A stretch of DNA of 64,000 nucleotides, taken from positions 1-64,000 of the forward strand of contig NW_021833421.1 in NCBI RefSeq assembly GCF_006345805.1. Reading direction: 5' to 3'. Origin of the DNA: Octopus sinensis. Its lineage: Eukaryota. The first letter of the stretch is position 1, and the number at the start of each line of letters is the position of its first letter. The translations under genes and the position numbers were made by a program. Shown here one piece after another: positions 1 through 12,343 of the stretch. Below the pieces are notes generated by a model that ran no database searches, was not told where the DNA came from, and was given only the letters and a program-made list of their open reading frames with translations.

Positions 1-245
1 ACTGAAAGAAGCCCACTGTATACAACATATTTGTGTGCGTGTGTGTGTATTTATGCCTGTGTTTGCCCCTCCACCACATTGTTTGACAACCGATGCTGGT
101 GTGTTTACGTCCCCGTAACTTAACCGTTCGGCAAAACCAACCAATAGAATAAGTACTAGGTTTTAAAAAAAATGAATATAATTGTCAATACAATCGACAA
201 AAATTCTTCAATCATTTGAACTTGCTAACTGTGTGGCCATGGCCG
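1..245 (+). mobile_element. SINE family C (tRNA head, CORE-like, internal microsatellite), 5'-truncated by window edge
   Basis: Matches the other family-C copies (gaaagaagccc...ttgacaaccgatgctggtgtgtttacgtccccgtaact...aataagtactagg). Confidence 0.8.
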
Positions 246-348
246 TTTATTCTCAGATTTATAAAAATAATATAAAGTCTGTCTAGCCGTCTTGTTTATG
301 CGAATGCCTTTACGTGGTGTAAGTAGCAATTATATTATAAGACCAGAA

Positions 349-580
349 AGGCGGCGAGCTGGCAGAAACGTTAGCACGCCGGGCGAAATGCTTTGCGGTA
401 TTTCGTCTGTCGTTACGTTCTGGGTTCAAAAATCCGCCGAGGTCGACTTTGCCTTTCATCCTTTCGGAGTCGATAAATAAAGTACCATTTCGCACTGGGG
501 TCGATGTAATCGGTTTAATCCGTTTGTCTGTCCTTGTTTGTCCCCTCTATGTTTAGCCCCTTGTGGGTAGTAAAGAAATA
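349..580 (+). mobile_element. SINE family A, full-length monomer
   Basis: tRNA-like head with A-box TGGCAGAAACG and B-box GGGTTCAAAAATCC; central gcctttcatcctttcggagtcgataaa domain; flanked by ~20-bp TSD tatattataag(a/g)ccag(a/c)aag at 331-350 and 581-600. Confidence 0.9.
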
Positions 581-599
581 TATATTATAAGGCCAGCAA

Positions 600-785
600 G
601 TTCGGGTGAGTGAAATAGTCGGTTATGTCGACCCAGTATTCAACTGGTACTTATTTTATCGACTCCGAAATGATAAAAAGATAAGTCGATCTCGGCGGTA
701 TTTGAACTCAGAGCATAAAAGACAGATGAAATGCTGCTAAGCATTTTGCCCGGCGTGCAAACGACTTTGCCAGCTTGTCGCCTTG
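600..785 (-). mobile_element. SINE family A2 (older, different tail), diverged
   Basis: Reverse complement of the family-A head and central domain (gatttgaactcag, gcattttgcccggcgtgc). Confidence 0.75.
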
Positions 786-1066
786 TGTGGAGCACTTACA
801 TTGATTTATTTAGTTCTTTCTTAAACGAATTTGGTCTATTTTTATGACATCGACGGAATTAAGAATTAATTTAATCACTCAAATATGTACAAACCTTATA
901 ACAGTTTTTTCCTTACATCTTTGTTTCCAAGATATTTTTATTCCTATCTTCTCTACAGTTGGCGATTTATTCACCCATAATTGTGCCTACTTCATGAAAT
1001 TCGAGATTAAGAATTAATACAATCAACCAAGTCTGTACAAATTTTATATCATTTTCTCCTTGCAGC

Positions 1067-1268
1067 TTTACTCTTTTACTTGTTTCAGTCATTTGACTGC
1101 GGCCATGCTGGAGCACCACATTTAGTCGAGGAAATCGACCCCGGGACTTATTCTTTGTAAGCCTAGTACTTATTCTATCGGTCTCTTTTGCCGAACCGCT
1201 AAGTAACGGGGACATAAACACACCAGCATCGGTTGTCAAGCAATGCTAGGGGACAAATACAGACACAC

Positions 1269-1352
<84 letters not shown>

Positions 1353-1494
1353 TATGACGGGCTTCTTTCAGTTTCCGTCTACCAAATCCACTCACAAGGC
1401 TTTGGTCGGCCCGAGGCTATAGTAGACCACGCAGCGGGACTGAACCCGGAACCATGTGGTTGGTAGACAAGCTACTTACCACACGGTCACTCCT
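1067..1494 (-). mobile_element. SINE family C with internal (AC)n(AT)n
   Basis: Tail ttactcttttacttgtttcagtcatttgactgcggcc; head gctacttaccacac..cactcct; small internal deletion relative to other copies. Confidence 0.9.
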
Positions 1495-1969
1495 TGCTCC
1501 TATGTTATATATATTTGGGGTTTTATTCACATATACTGTACCTACTTCATGAAATTCAAGATATTTGCCGCACTAAGCTTCTTGATTGTTATTTTATGAT
1601 TGAGCAAGTTTGCTTTGCTTAAAACTTAGAATCTCACATTTATAATTTGCAAACGTAAAGTCTATAATTGTGCCAGACACTCAAGTTTCGATAAAAAAAA
1701 GAATCTAGATTTTTTCATTTAATACAAACATATATAAACCATCCATTGAAAGAGACGTTTATTTATGAAGTCTGTCGTTGTTTATAAATATATCTATTAC
1801 ATTTTGATTTTAGCACCCTAAACATATTTCTTATAGATAGCAGCGATCTATAAATTTCAGAAGTGGTAATAGACCACCCTAGTATTGTTTAGTTGTAAGT
1901 CTGCTGGTACAAAATGTTGCATACGTCACCACAGTTATTGTATTTTCCACAAGTGTTAGTGTAATATAT

Positions 1970-2283
1970 AAAACGATAAACATGGCCCTTTTTAAGCCTG
2001 GCCAGTCTCATGGGCCCGGTTTCCCGGTTTCTGTGGCGTATGTGTTCCCCCCAGCTGGACTGGACGCCAGTCCATCGCAGCGTTACTCAAGAAACAGGAA
2101 GAAAGAGTGAGAGAAAGTTGGGACGAAAGAGTACAACAGGGGTCGCCAGCACCCTCTGCCGGAGCCTCGTGGAGCTTTAGGTGTTTTTGCTTAATAAACA
2201 CACAGAACACCCGGTCTGGGAATCGAAACCGCGATCCTCCGACCGTGAGTCCGCTGCCCTAAGCACTGTGTCATTGCGCCTTC
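1970..2283 (-). mobile_element. SINE: family-E head with D-type (V-domain-like) tail
   Basis: Head ctgggaatcgaaaccgcgatcctccgacc..ccgctgccctaa; tail ggactggacgccagtccatcgc; TSD gttagtgt(a/g)atata on both sides. Confidence 0.85.
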
Positions 2284-2312
2284 GTTAGTGTGATATAGAG
2301 TGTACATAAGAG

Positions 2313-2660
2313 GTGAAGGTGCGTGGCTTAGTGGTTAGGAGTATTTGTCTCACGACAGTAAGGTCACGAGTTCGATTCCGGGCGGCGCGTTGTGTAATTC
2401 TTGTCTTGCTGAAGACAGCCAGCAAGACACTATATTTCACGTTGCTCCAGTCCACTCAGCTGGCAAAAATGAATAGAATCTGTAATTCAAAGGGTCCAGC
2501 CGTGTCACATTCTTTGTCACGTTGAATCTCCCTGAGAACTACGCTAAAGGTACATGAGTCTGTGGAGTGCTCAGCCACTTGCACAATAACTTCACGAATA
2601 GGCTGTTCCGTTGATCGGATCAACTGGAAACCTTGTCGTCGTAACCAACGGAGTGCCGGT
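2313..2660 (+). mobile_element. SINE family B (tRNA head + CORE-like) with tail shared with family E
   Basis: A-box tggcttagtgg, B-box gagttcgattcc; CORE-like gcaagacactatatttcacgttgctccagtccactcagctgg; TSD tgta(c/t)ataa(g/a)ag. Confidence 0.85.
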
Positions 2661-3129
2661 TTGTATATAAAAGATACTGGTGTGACATAATGTACATTTA
2701 AATCTCTCAATAATTTCATGATATTTTTCTTTCTTATACTTTTGGATATGAAATACAGATCCGTTGTTCTGTAAAACTTTTGATTATTTATCCATTTATT
2801 TATTTTATTCATTTATCATCATTCTCGCCCTTCTAATCAAAATACTGCTATATTTAATCAGTAACTAGCCGTATCTACTATAGACTGTCTTCATACTGAT
2901 GCTCTACAAATGACTAATTTGTCATTGTTCAATCTCTTTCTTCCCGTCTTTAAAGATCTAATTTGTCAGACTTTGTTAATCAAGCAAGTATTAATAGTTT
3001 TTCTTTCGAGAAAATTTCATTATCTAATTGGGTGGCTGGTTTCTGCTACTGTACATATGCTACTGACTGTTTCTTGTGCTAACGCGGGAGCACTTATATG
3101 GTCACCCAATTTGTTAGAAAAAGCAGCTT

Positions 3130-3283
3130 AATCTCCTACAAATCGCACCTACAATATTTCGGAAAAAAAGACACGTTGGATTACGGATTCCTAGACACGC
3201 TTTATTGTAATAAAAGACGGGATGGTCACGATCGGAATACATTTGATCATGGAGCTACTCAGTCAGAGATGATTTGGAGCTAA
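3130..3283 (+). repeat. Old interspersed repeat (family I), diverged
   Basis: aaaagacgggatggtcacgatcggaatacatttgatcat..ggagctaaa resembles minus-strand segments at ~24260, ~36670, ~39240 and ~47140. Confidence 0.5.
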
Positions 3284-3637
3284 AATGAAGATCTGATTTG
3301 GTTTTATCGATGCAGGAAGGCACATGTGTATAAGTTAATGTTGACTTTCCCTCATACTTGTACGTTTACGTCCATTTTCTAATCTGTACGCGTATCTTTT
3401 AGCTTTTACTTGTTTCAGTCATTAGACTGCTGCTACCATGCTGGGGCACCACCTTGAAGAATTTTTTAGTCGAACATCGACCCCAATACTTTGTGTCAGC
3501 TTAGAACGTAGGTGAATGTGAAACTCTGAGTAACAGCTTTTGTTATATTTCTACTACTTTTAAATAAAACATATCACTCTACCTCTAGTATTTGAGTACT
3601 CTTTTTCCACCTTATTTCACATCTATGTGCTTTCCGG

Positions 3638-3639
<2 letters not shown>

Positions 3640-3710
<71 letters not shown>
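3640..3710. repeat. (TA)n microsatellite
   Basis: Direct reading. Confidence 0.95.
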
Positions 3711-4041
3711 GTTTATATATTTGTTGTGCAAGATTTTTTATGTGAAGTCGTGTGTTGAAACAGATATGTATATTTCTTTTCGGAATGGTCATAGAGATAT
3801 AAGCATGCGCAAATGAAGACATACAATAGAAATACAAAATGGCTGACGGTTAGTAAGGAGAGACACAAATAAGAAAGAAGAAAACAAAGGACCACTGATG
3901 CGGTCACAGGAGTGTGACGAAAGAACTCTGCCGAAATTAAATTAAGATTAATGTAAAAAAAATAACACTGAAGCAAAATAACACCAAATATATAGTGCGT
4001 GTGTTTTTTATTGGCTAAACTGGCAAAATGACCATTCCGAA

Positions 4042-4096
<55 letters not shown>

Positions 4097-4654
4097 GTGT
4101 GTGTGTGTGTGTATATATATATGTATATATATATAATCATCACTGTTTTTAACATCCACTTTTCAATAAATATGCTTAGGTCAGGTGTAATTCATTTTCT
4201 ACAGCTGAATGCTCTTCCTGTCGACAACACTCACTTGTTTCTGAGCAAAGTAATATTTCCATATGACTGGACATGTTTGCATAGATGATTGGAAACAAAT
4301 TACGGCTTATATGATGATGACACTCTACCATGTAATGTCAAAACAAAGAAGCACAAACAGAAAAGCATGTGCATGTGTGTGTGTGTGTCTGTGTGAGTAT
4401 GTGCCTACAAGGGGCTTGTCACTGTTTCCACCGACCAACTTCTCTAGAATTGAATGACCTGAATGTCACATTCCCTTGGGAATGTCATTGCATGAACAAA
4501 CACAAACATAAGATCCACCTGAACACTCTAGCATGGAACAAATTATGTTTCGGCCCACCAGGAGCAAAACCATTCATGGTCTCTGCTCCATTAAGAACAT
4601 GAAACTCACCTTTAATGCGAAAGTCTTCTTGGACCAGAACCAAACAGAACTTAC

Positions 4655-4886
4655 TCTTTCACTCTCTTTTACTCTTTTTACTTATTTCAGTCATTTGACT
4701 GCGGCCATGCTGGAGCACCGCCTTTAGTCGAGCAAATCGACCCCGGGACTTATTCTTTGTAAGCCCAGTACTTATTCTATCGTCTCTTTTTTGCCGAACC
4801 GCTAAGTGACGGGGACGTAAAACACCAGCATCGGTTGTCAAGCAATGCTAGGAGGACAAATAGAGACACACAACATATATATATAT

Positions 4887-4933
<47 letters not shown>

Positions 4934-5093
4934 TATATACGGACGTCTTTCAGGTTCCGTCTACCAAATCCACTCACAGGCATTGGTCGGCCCGGGGCTA
5001 TAGCAGAAGACACTTGCCCAAGATGCCACGCAGTGGGACTGAACCCGGAACCATGTGGTTGGTTAGCAAGCTACTTTACGCACAGCCACTCCT
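4655..5093 (-). mobile_element. SINE family C, near full-length, internal (TA)n
   Basis: High similarity to the 19763-20169 and 28060-28493 copies. Confidence 0.92.
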
Positions 5094-5184
5094 GAGCCTA
5101 TGTATGGTTCAAGCGAAACTACAAATTTACACTCTGTTATCCAATCAAAACGTTCACAAAGCTGACTGGAAATCGATTCGTTGT

Positions 5185-5567
5185 TACATGGCATAAATGA
5201 GGTAGATGTAATATCAACCCTAGATGAAATGAGCTTAAACTCTGCACTGGGTCCTGATGGATTCCCAGCAATCCTACTAAAAGTAATATATAAACAAATT
5301 TTAGCTAAACCACACTAGAAACTTTCCCGAAGCTTCTCGGCAATTAAGAAATCTCTGAAAAAGATGAAGGAAGGCATAATATGCCCTATTCATAAAGGTG
5401 GAAGCAGAGCTGATACTTTAAAAAAAATTACAGGCCTATGTACTCTGACTTCACATGTCACCAAAGTAATAAAGACAAACACTCAGCAAAGCCCAGAAAG
5501 AAGCTGCCTTACTCAAACCCTGCAGCGCTATGACTGGATGTTGAAAGAGCTGTTTAATCATTCATAA
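5185..5567 (+). pseudogene. Decayed CR1/L2-like LINE reverse transcriptase N-terminal fragment
   Basis: Frameshifted translation ...EMSLNSALGPDGFPAILLK...ILAKP, GIICPIHKGGSRAD...LTSHVTKV, RSCLTQ..YD; matches the SAPGPDG / PIHKGG..NYRP / RSCLTQL motifs of jockey-group RTs. Confidence 0.8.
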
Positions 5568-5739
5568 TATCTTTTATCATTAGACTGTGCGCACTGCCTT
5601 GAAGAATTTTTCCATTTCGCCCTCGTGGGTCCATTTAAGATTTTGTTGTTAAAATTTATGTGCAATAAAACGGTTATACGTCTACAATACACATTTTTAT
5701 TCAATTCTTAATGATATCTTTTTTTTAATATTTTTTATC

Positions 5740-6450
5740 TTTTTACTTGTTTTAGTCATTAGACTGTGACCATGCTGGGGCACCGCCTTGAAGTACTTTC
5801 AGTCGAATGAATCGATCCCAGTATTTATTTATTTATTTATTTATTTATTTATTATTTATTTATTTATTTATTTATTTTAAGTCTTGTACTTATTCTGTCG
5901 GGGAGGCACATGGCCTAGTGGTTAGAGCAGCGGACTCGCGGTCGAGGGATCGTGCGTTCGAATCTCAGACCGGGCGATGTGTGTGTTTATGAGCGAAACA
6001 CCTACGCTCCACGCGTCTCCGGCAGAAGGTAATGGCGAACTTCAGCTGACTCTTTCGCCACAACTTTCTCTCACTCTTTCCTCTAGCAGCTCACTTGCGA
6101 TGGACCGGCGTCCCGTCCAGGTGGGGAACCTATACGCAAAGGAAACCGGGGAAACTAGCCCTTATGAGCCAGGCATGTCTCAGAAGGATCAAACAAAACT
6201 TATTCTATCAATTTGTTTTGCCGAACTTCTAAGTTACGGCGACATCAACACACCAACAGTGGTTGTCAAACGGTAGGTTGGGGGCAAACACTGACACACA
6301 CACATACACACACATACGATGGGTGCCTTTCAGTTTCTGTCTACTAAATCCACACACAAGGTTTTGGTCAGCCTGAGGCTGTAGTAGGACAAATTTACCC
6401 AAGGCGTCACACTGTGGGACTGAATCCGGAGCCAGGATTTTTTTCGACAT
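5740..6450 (-). mobile_element. SINE family C, diverged, with (ATTT)n expansion and a nested family-D SINE
   Basis: C tail at 5740-5900 resumes at 6198; acttattct(g/a)tc duplicated around the insert. Confidence 0.8.
5901..6197 (+). mobile_element. SINE family D (tRNA head, V-domain-like 3' part, (AAC)-type tail)
   Basis: ggaggcacatggcctagtggttagagcagcggactcgcggtcgagggatcg..ttcgaatctcagaccggg; near-identical to 38850 and 61891 copies; 12-bp TSD. Confidence 0.92.
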
Positions 6451-6764
6451 TAAATGGTTCTGGGGGTCCAGTAGAGTAAAATAGGAATTAAAGAAGACCA
6501 TAAGCAAAATATGGTTGAGAATCACTCTCAAGCTACTGGTCATCGACCGCGCGGGAGAGATTCTTGGTGGTCGGCCTGCTTTTGATGTGATCAAAGTTTA
6601 CGACTTTAAAAATCAACTTGCGATATCGTAACAACAGCAAGAGAATATGTTATCCAAACTATGAAATAGTCTTCGATTCCATCGATTTAAGCACGTGGTT
6701 ATTATTATTTGTTTTATCAACCACGGGGAAAATAAAAGTCAGATTCGACAATAACGAGATTTAG

Positions 6765-7367
6765 AGCAGCGAGCCGGCAGAATCGTTAGCACGCCGGGCG
6801 AAATGCTTAGCAGTATTTCGTCTGCCGTTACGTTCTGAGTTCAAATTCCGCCGAGGTCAACTTTGCCTTTCATCCTTTCGGGGTCGATAAATTAAGTACC
6901 AGTTATGCACTGGGGGGGGGGCGATATAATCGACTTAATCATTTGTCTGTCCTTGTTTGTCCCTTCTGTTATTAGCCCCTTGTGGGTAGTAAAAAAAGAG
7001 GTATTTCATCCGTCGCTGCGTTCTGAGTTCAAATTCTGCCGAGGTCGACTTTGCCTTTCATCCTTTCGGGGTCAATTAAATAAGTACCAATTACGCACTG
7101 GGGTTGATATAATCGACTTCATCCGTTTGTCTGTCCTTGTTTGTCCCCTCTGTGTGTAGCCCCTTGTGGGCAGTAAAGAATTAGGTATTTCGTCTGCCGC
7201 TACGTTCTGAGTTCAAATTCCACCGAGGTAGACATTGCCTTTCATCCTTTCGGGGTCGATTAAATAAGTACCAGTTACGCACTGGGGTCGATGTAATCGA
7301 CTTAATTCGTTTGTCTGTCCTTGTTTGTCCTCTCTATGTTTAGCCCCTTGTTGGCAATAAAGAAATA
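6765..7367 (+). mobile_element. SINE family A tandem trimer (one head, three bodies) inside an older opposite-strand A2 copy
   Basis: Body restarts at ggtatttc at ~7000 and 7184; A2 remnants at ~6700-6762 and 7368-7430. Confidence 0.9.
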
Positions 7368-7824
7368 GGATTTGAACTTAAATACGATGAAATATATTCT
7401 TCGACGCCTAAGTATTTCCACCGACTCTTTACCCTAACATACGAACATTAAGTTTGAGAACTCTCGCTACCATTATTTATTATTTCGAGTTTAAATTTGA
7501 AATAGTTCCCCCTTTCTCCCTCTTCCTCTCACTCTCACTCTTACTCTTTACTACCTCCAAGAACACTGTCTTTTCCGTTTTCTCACTCATCCTTTCTCTC
7601 TCTCTCTTTCCCTCTTTCTCTCTCTTTCACGCCTTCTCTATATTACACACACACGCGCGCGCACACACACAGAGAGGCGCATTATTGCAGTGACTCATTT
7701 AGAGTCAAGACTTAGTTTCCTGCAGGCTTTTCTCTACATCCATTACGGCAGAATTATACGGCTAACTCTAGGGCATCAACGTATTTCAAACCTGGACTAT
7801 CTACCCTTCCGTTTCTCTTCTTCT

Positions 7825-7889
7825 CTGTGTGTGTGCGTGTGTGTGTGTGTATGTGTGAGTGTGTCTATGCGCATATATACAAACATGCT

Positions 7890-7964
<75 letters not shown>

Positions 7965-7977
7965 GTATGTAAGTATG

Positions 7978-8011
<34 letters not shown>

Positions 8012-8260
8012 ATATTATATATATATATAATATATATATATATAATGTACACACATACAAGTATTATTCATAGAAGCATTATATATGACTAATGCTGACG
8101 ACGATGTGTGTACATATGAGTGTGTGCATGTCTATATATATATATATGTATATATATATGTGTGTGTATATATTTATATATACATATATATATACACGCA
8201 CGCGCTCATATATGTGGGTGAGTATATATATGTATATATATATGTATGTCATGTCAGTTC
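7825..8260. repeat. Compound (TG)n/(TA)n/(TATG)n microsatellite
   Basis: Direct reading. Confidence 0.9.
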
Positions 8261-8762
8261 ATCGTATGTATGTATCTGTTCATGGTCATTATATACTGTA
8301 CATACGTACAGTATATACGTACATGGTAACATGTTGGTTGAATGTCAGTATAAATGTGTAGATTAACTGTGCGCATGCGTGATGGCAGATGGAAGCAAGT
8401 ATATCTAAGTGGTGTTTGCCTAATATTTCTAATCTCATTTAAACACGACTAGATCATGTCTTGACAGGTGTGTGTATTGGTATGTGTGTGTTTGTGTACC
8501 CGTGTGTGTGTGAGTGTATGTGCCCCTAAAATCCATGCTTTTCAACAATTTAGCGGCGCAAACAGGTTTCAAGGCTTCTCTAAATTTGATGTCAAATTAT
8601 GTTATTCGACCATATACACGATTATCTGTTAATTTATAGTAGCACATATGAGTTTGGTGGTGCAGACAGGAAAACAGAACTCAAATATGAATGTATACAC
8701 GTTTTATATCAATAATCGGCAGGAGTTACAGAGTCATTAAAAGGCCGAGTGTTTCGTGCGCC

Positions 8763-8764
<2 letters not shown>

Positions 8765-8805
<41 letters not shown>

Positions 8806-8834
8806 ATATATATATAATAAAGGATAAATACGTG

Positions 8835-8895
<61 letters not shown>

Positions 8896-8910
8896 CTTTA
8901 TATATATATA

Positions 8911-8988
<78 letters not shown>

Positions 8989-9008
8989 GTATGTATGTAG
9001 TATGTATG

Positions 9009-9039
<31 letters not shown>

Positions 9040-9045
9040 GTATGT
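8765..9045. repeat. Compound (TA)n-(TCTA)n-(TA)n-(CA)n-(TATG)n microsatellite
   Basis: Direct reading. Confidence 0.92.
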
Positions 9046-9057
9046 ATAGAAAGCGCC

Positions 9058-9610
9058 GGCGTGGTTGTATGGTAAGAAACTTTCATCTCAACCACATAGT
9101 TCTGAGTTCAGTCCTACTGCATGGCACCCCGAGCAAGTGTCCTACTTATAGCCTCGGGTCGACCAAAGTCTTGTGAGTGGATTTGGAAGATGGAAACTGA
9201 AAAGAAGCCCATTGTTCGAAAAAAGTTCGTTTTCTATGTGTCTGATTTTTATGTTCTCGTTTCTCATTCTATCTGGGGTTTTTTCTATGTCCTGTACCCA
9301 TATATGCATGTATATATACATATATATGTAGGTATGTACATATATGTATCTATATATGTATATATTTATATATTATTTATATTATTATATGTGTGTGTGT
9401 GTGTGTGTGTGTCTGTGTGAGTGTGTTTCCCAATTTCGCTTGACAACCGGTTCTTTTGTGCTTACGTCCTCGTAACTTAGCTGTTCGGCAAAAGGGATCG
9501 ATAGACCGATACCAGGCTTAAAAGTAGAGTAGTGGGTCGATTCATTCGACTAAAACCTTTTCCCAGGCATGGCTGAAGTCTAATGATTGAAACAAGTAAA
9601 AGATAAAAGA
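9058..9610 (+). mobile_element. SINE family C, older variant (aaaagat tail)
   Basis: Head gcgtggttgtatggtaag..gagttcagtcctactgc; gcaagtgtcctactt; internal TA/TG tract; tail gaaacaagtaaaagataaaaga. Confidence 0.75.
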
Positions 9611-9620
9611 TATATATATA

Positions 9621-9682
<62 letters not shown>

Positions 9683-9698
9683 TATATATATGTATGTT

Positions 9699-9736
<38 letters not shown>

Positions 9737-9794
9737 ATAATTTTTTTTTCGTAATGAGATTAAAAATCCAAGGCTGTGTAAATTTTAGAACATT

Positions 9795-10105
9795 TATAGT
9801 TCATATTTTATCGAACCGGAAAGGATGAATGGTTATGTTAACCTCTGCGGCATTTGAACTCATGACGTAAAGACGGACGAAATGCCGATACAATTATACC
9901 AGCTCGACACTTCATGCACTTGTAAAATGCTCCTTTCTGCTATAGGCACAAGGCCAAAACTTTATGAGAGGATTTAAGTCGATTACATCGACCCCAGAAT
10001 TCAACTGGTACTTATTTTACCGAATTCGAAATGATAAAAGGCAAAGTCGCCTTCGGCGGAATTTGAACTCAGGACGTAAAGACAAGATGAAATGACACTA
10101 AGCAC
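9795..10105 (-). mobile_element. Two adjacent SINE A2 fragments
   Basis: ttttatcgaaccggaaaggatgaa..gcatttgaactca and aggcacaaggcc..ggcggaatttgaactcagg..gacactaagcac. Confidence 0.7.
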
Positions 10106-10109
10106 TTTT

Positions 10110-10327
10110 TTCTCTTTTACTGTTTTACTTATTTCAGCCATTTGACTGCGGCCATGTAGGAGCACCACCTTTAGTCGAACAAATCGACCCCAAAACTTAT
10201 TCTTTGTAAGCCTAGTACTTATTCTATCGGTCTCTTTTGCTGAACCGCTAAGTTACGGGGACGTAACACACTAGCATCGGTTGTCAAGCGATGTTGGGGA
10301 GACAAACACAGACGCACAAACGTATAC

Positions 10328-10374
<47 letters not shown>

Positions 10375-10392
10375 ACACACACACACACACAC

Positions 10393-10426
<34 letters not shown>

Positions 10427-10431
10427 ATATA

Positions 10432-10476
<45 letters not shown>

Positions 10477-10638
10477 CGATGGCTTCGTTCGGTTTCCGTC
10501 TACCAAATCCTCTCACAAGGCTTTGGTCGGCCCGAAGCTATAGTAGAAAACACTTGCTCAAGGTGCCACGCAGTGGGAATGAACCCGGAACCATGTGGCT
10601 GGTAAGCAAGCTACTTACCACACAGCCCCTCCTGCGCC
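10110..10638 (-). mobile_element. SINE family C with long internal (AC)n(AT)n
   Basis: Full tail and head match family C. Confidence 0.9.
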
Positions 10639-11597
10639 TTATGCACTTGTAAAATATTGTTAACCAAAGAAATATGCGCAACATTTTTCCTATAGGTAAA
10701 ATTTCTGTCTCTGGCTCAAGCTAGTTCTTGACGACAAAGCGGCACTGACAAGATATAGTAAAGCTGAAACATGTCACTTGATGACCCCCACCTCACTACT
10801 AAAGATCAGATTTTCATTTAAGCATGGAAATATGTTTTTCGAAGTTGAATCTTTATATCTTAGAATTATCTCTCCCTTTTCTTTGAGAATCGTTAGCTAT
10901 TGTCACTAGATTTTTAATTTCTTTAACGATCTAAAAGTTAAATTTGATTTCACAAGGTTTCTTTTGCGTATATTATACAGAACGTAAGTCGTTCTTTGAT
11001 TTTCTTAACCAATGCCATTGGCTTATTTCAGTTATTTTACTCGGCTAATATTTTTAAAAAAATACTTATCTGCTGCAGATAACTCCTCCAAAAGCTTAAG
11101 ATACCAATTCTTGACAGCCGAAGAATGGCTATTGTTTGCAAAAGGACTTATGATTTTGTTATCTTGTACATCATTTTATAAACTTTGCATATGAGACTCT
11201 GCATCCTTTTTAATCACATAAATTTTTTCTCACGACCGTCTTTCAATGGTATTAAATTCAATATAAAAGAATATAATCTGTCTGTAGTTATATTAAATTA
11301 AAAACATTTACTACAAACGAACTAAAAGTTGAAAAATATAAAACAATGTAATTTCAAGATAAAATCCACATCATACTTTATTAACACCAAAACGATATAT
11401 GACTATATCTATGGGGGTGGTTGTTCTTGTTTGTTTTGGTTATAGTACATCAAACTGGTGTTTGGTAATTGTCAATGATATTCATTGGGGAATTCGGGCG
11501 GCATTTTGTATTTATTGCTGCTGAAGCTGAAAAAGCAGATTCGTATATGTGAAAAGAAACATTAAATGATCTTTTTATATTTGTGAAATAAGGAATT

Positions 11598-11675
11598 TAT
11601 ATTAGTCGGACTGTACAACAGCCAAAACGTTGTGAAATCAACAATCAAGAGGTGGACATTAGTCCGACTAATATA
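11598..11675. mobile_element. Tiny inverted-repeat element inside the Charlie relic
   Basis: Perfect 15-bp IR tatattagtcggact / agtccgactaatata, TA-flanked. Confidence 0.5.
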
Positions 11676-12114
11676 CACAGAAGGCATGCCGTTGCTAAAT
11701 CACACAGTACGGGAAATTTTAATTTCAGATTTAGCCACAAAAAAAGGCCCCAGCAAAAAACAAAATTAAGCAAAAAATACCATTCAACTTTTTTTTTTGA
11801 TAAATTAAGTTTGAGACTTGAATCAAAGACAGCTCTGTGAATTCTTCTGGATGCTTCACAGAAAGATGTTTCTTCAATACAACGAATGGGATTTCGACTC
11901 AGACTTATTTACAATTATCTATGCTTGATAGATAATATTTGTAGAACTACTTTTTACTTTTTTTCTATACAAACCAAATGTTCGATTATGATCTGCTTAA
12001 TCGAATTAAAGTTCATATTCTAAATGTTGTTTGATAGCAAAGTTTGAAAAATCAGTTCTCATCATGTAAAGATTCTGTGTGATTTGGTACTATTTCTGGT
12101 GAAAACAGCATACT

Positions 12115-12343
12115 TGTTTTCTTTTGTTACTATATTTATTTTGAGATGCTCTGTGTTTCTTTCAATTATTTTAAATACAACAAAGAATTTAGTAAAATAA
12201 CTTAGTCATCATTAAGCTAGTGTTAGGAACATAAATTGCGTATAAGATTTGGCGGAAGATTTTAATTCAAAACTTCTGAAAACAAGATATTCGTACTAAA
12301 GAGCCAGAGCCGGTTTCAGCCGGGTTGGTAACGAAAGGGTTAA
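12115..12343. mobile_element. piggyBac-type MITE (TTAA-ccc end) inserted in the Charlie relic
   Basis: Right end gtaacgaaagggTTAA; degenerate left end cttttgttactatatt; transposase motifs resume on the other side. Confidence 0.6.

Noticed and set aside
856-1563. Degenerate ~45-bp direct repeats around the first SINE C (966-1008 vs 1522-1563; 856-900 vs 1005-1045)
   Set aside because: Too long and offset to be a TSD; likely an old local tandem repeat of low interest.
10740-11330. Minus-strand LVVRWGSSSDM as a second hAT motif
   Set aside because: Isolated motif; other expected motifs are not found at the right spacing; many stops.
11835-11885. LKKHLSVKHPEEF as a BED zinc-finger end
   Set aside because: Lies in the C-terminal part of the colinear Charlie relic and no upstream CxxC is present; coincidental.
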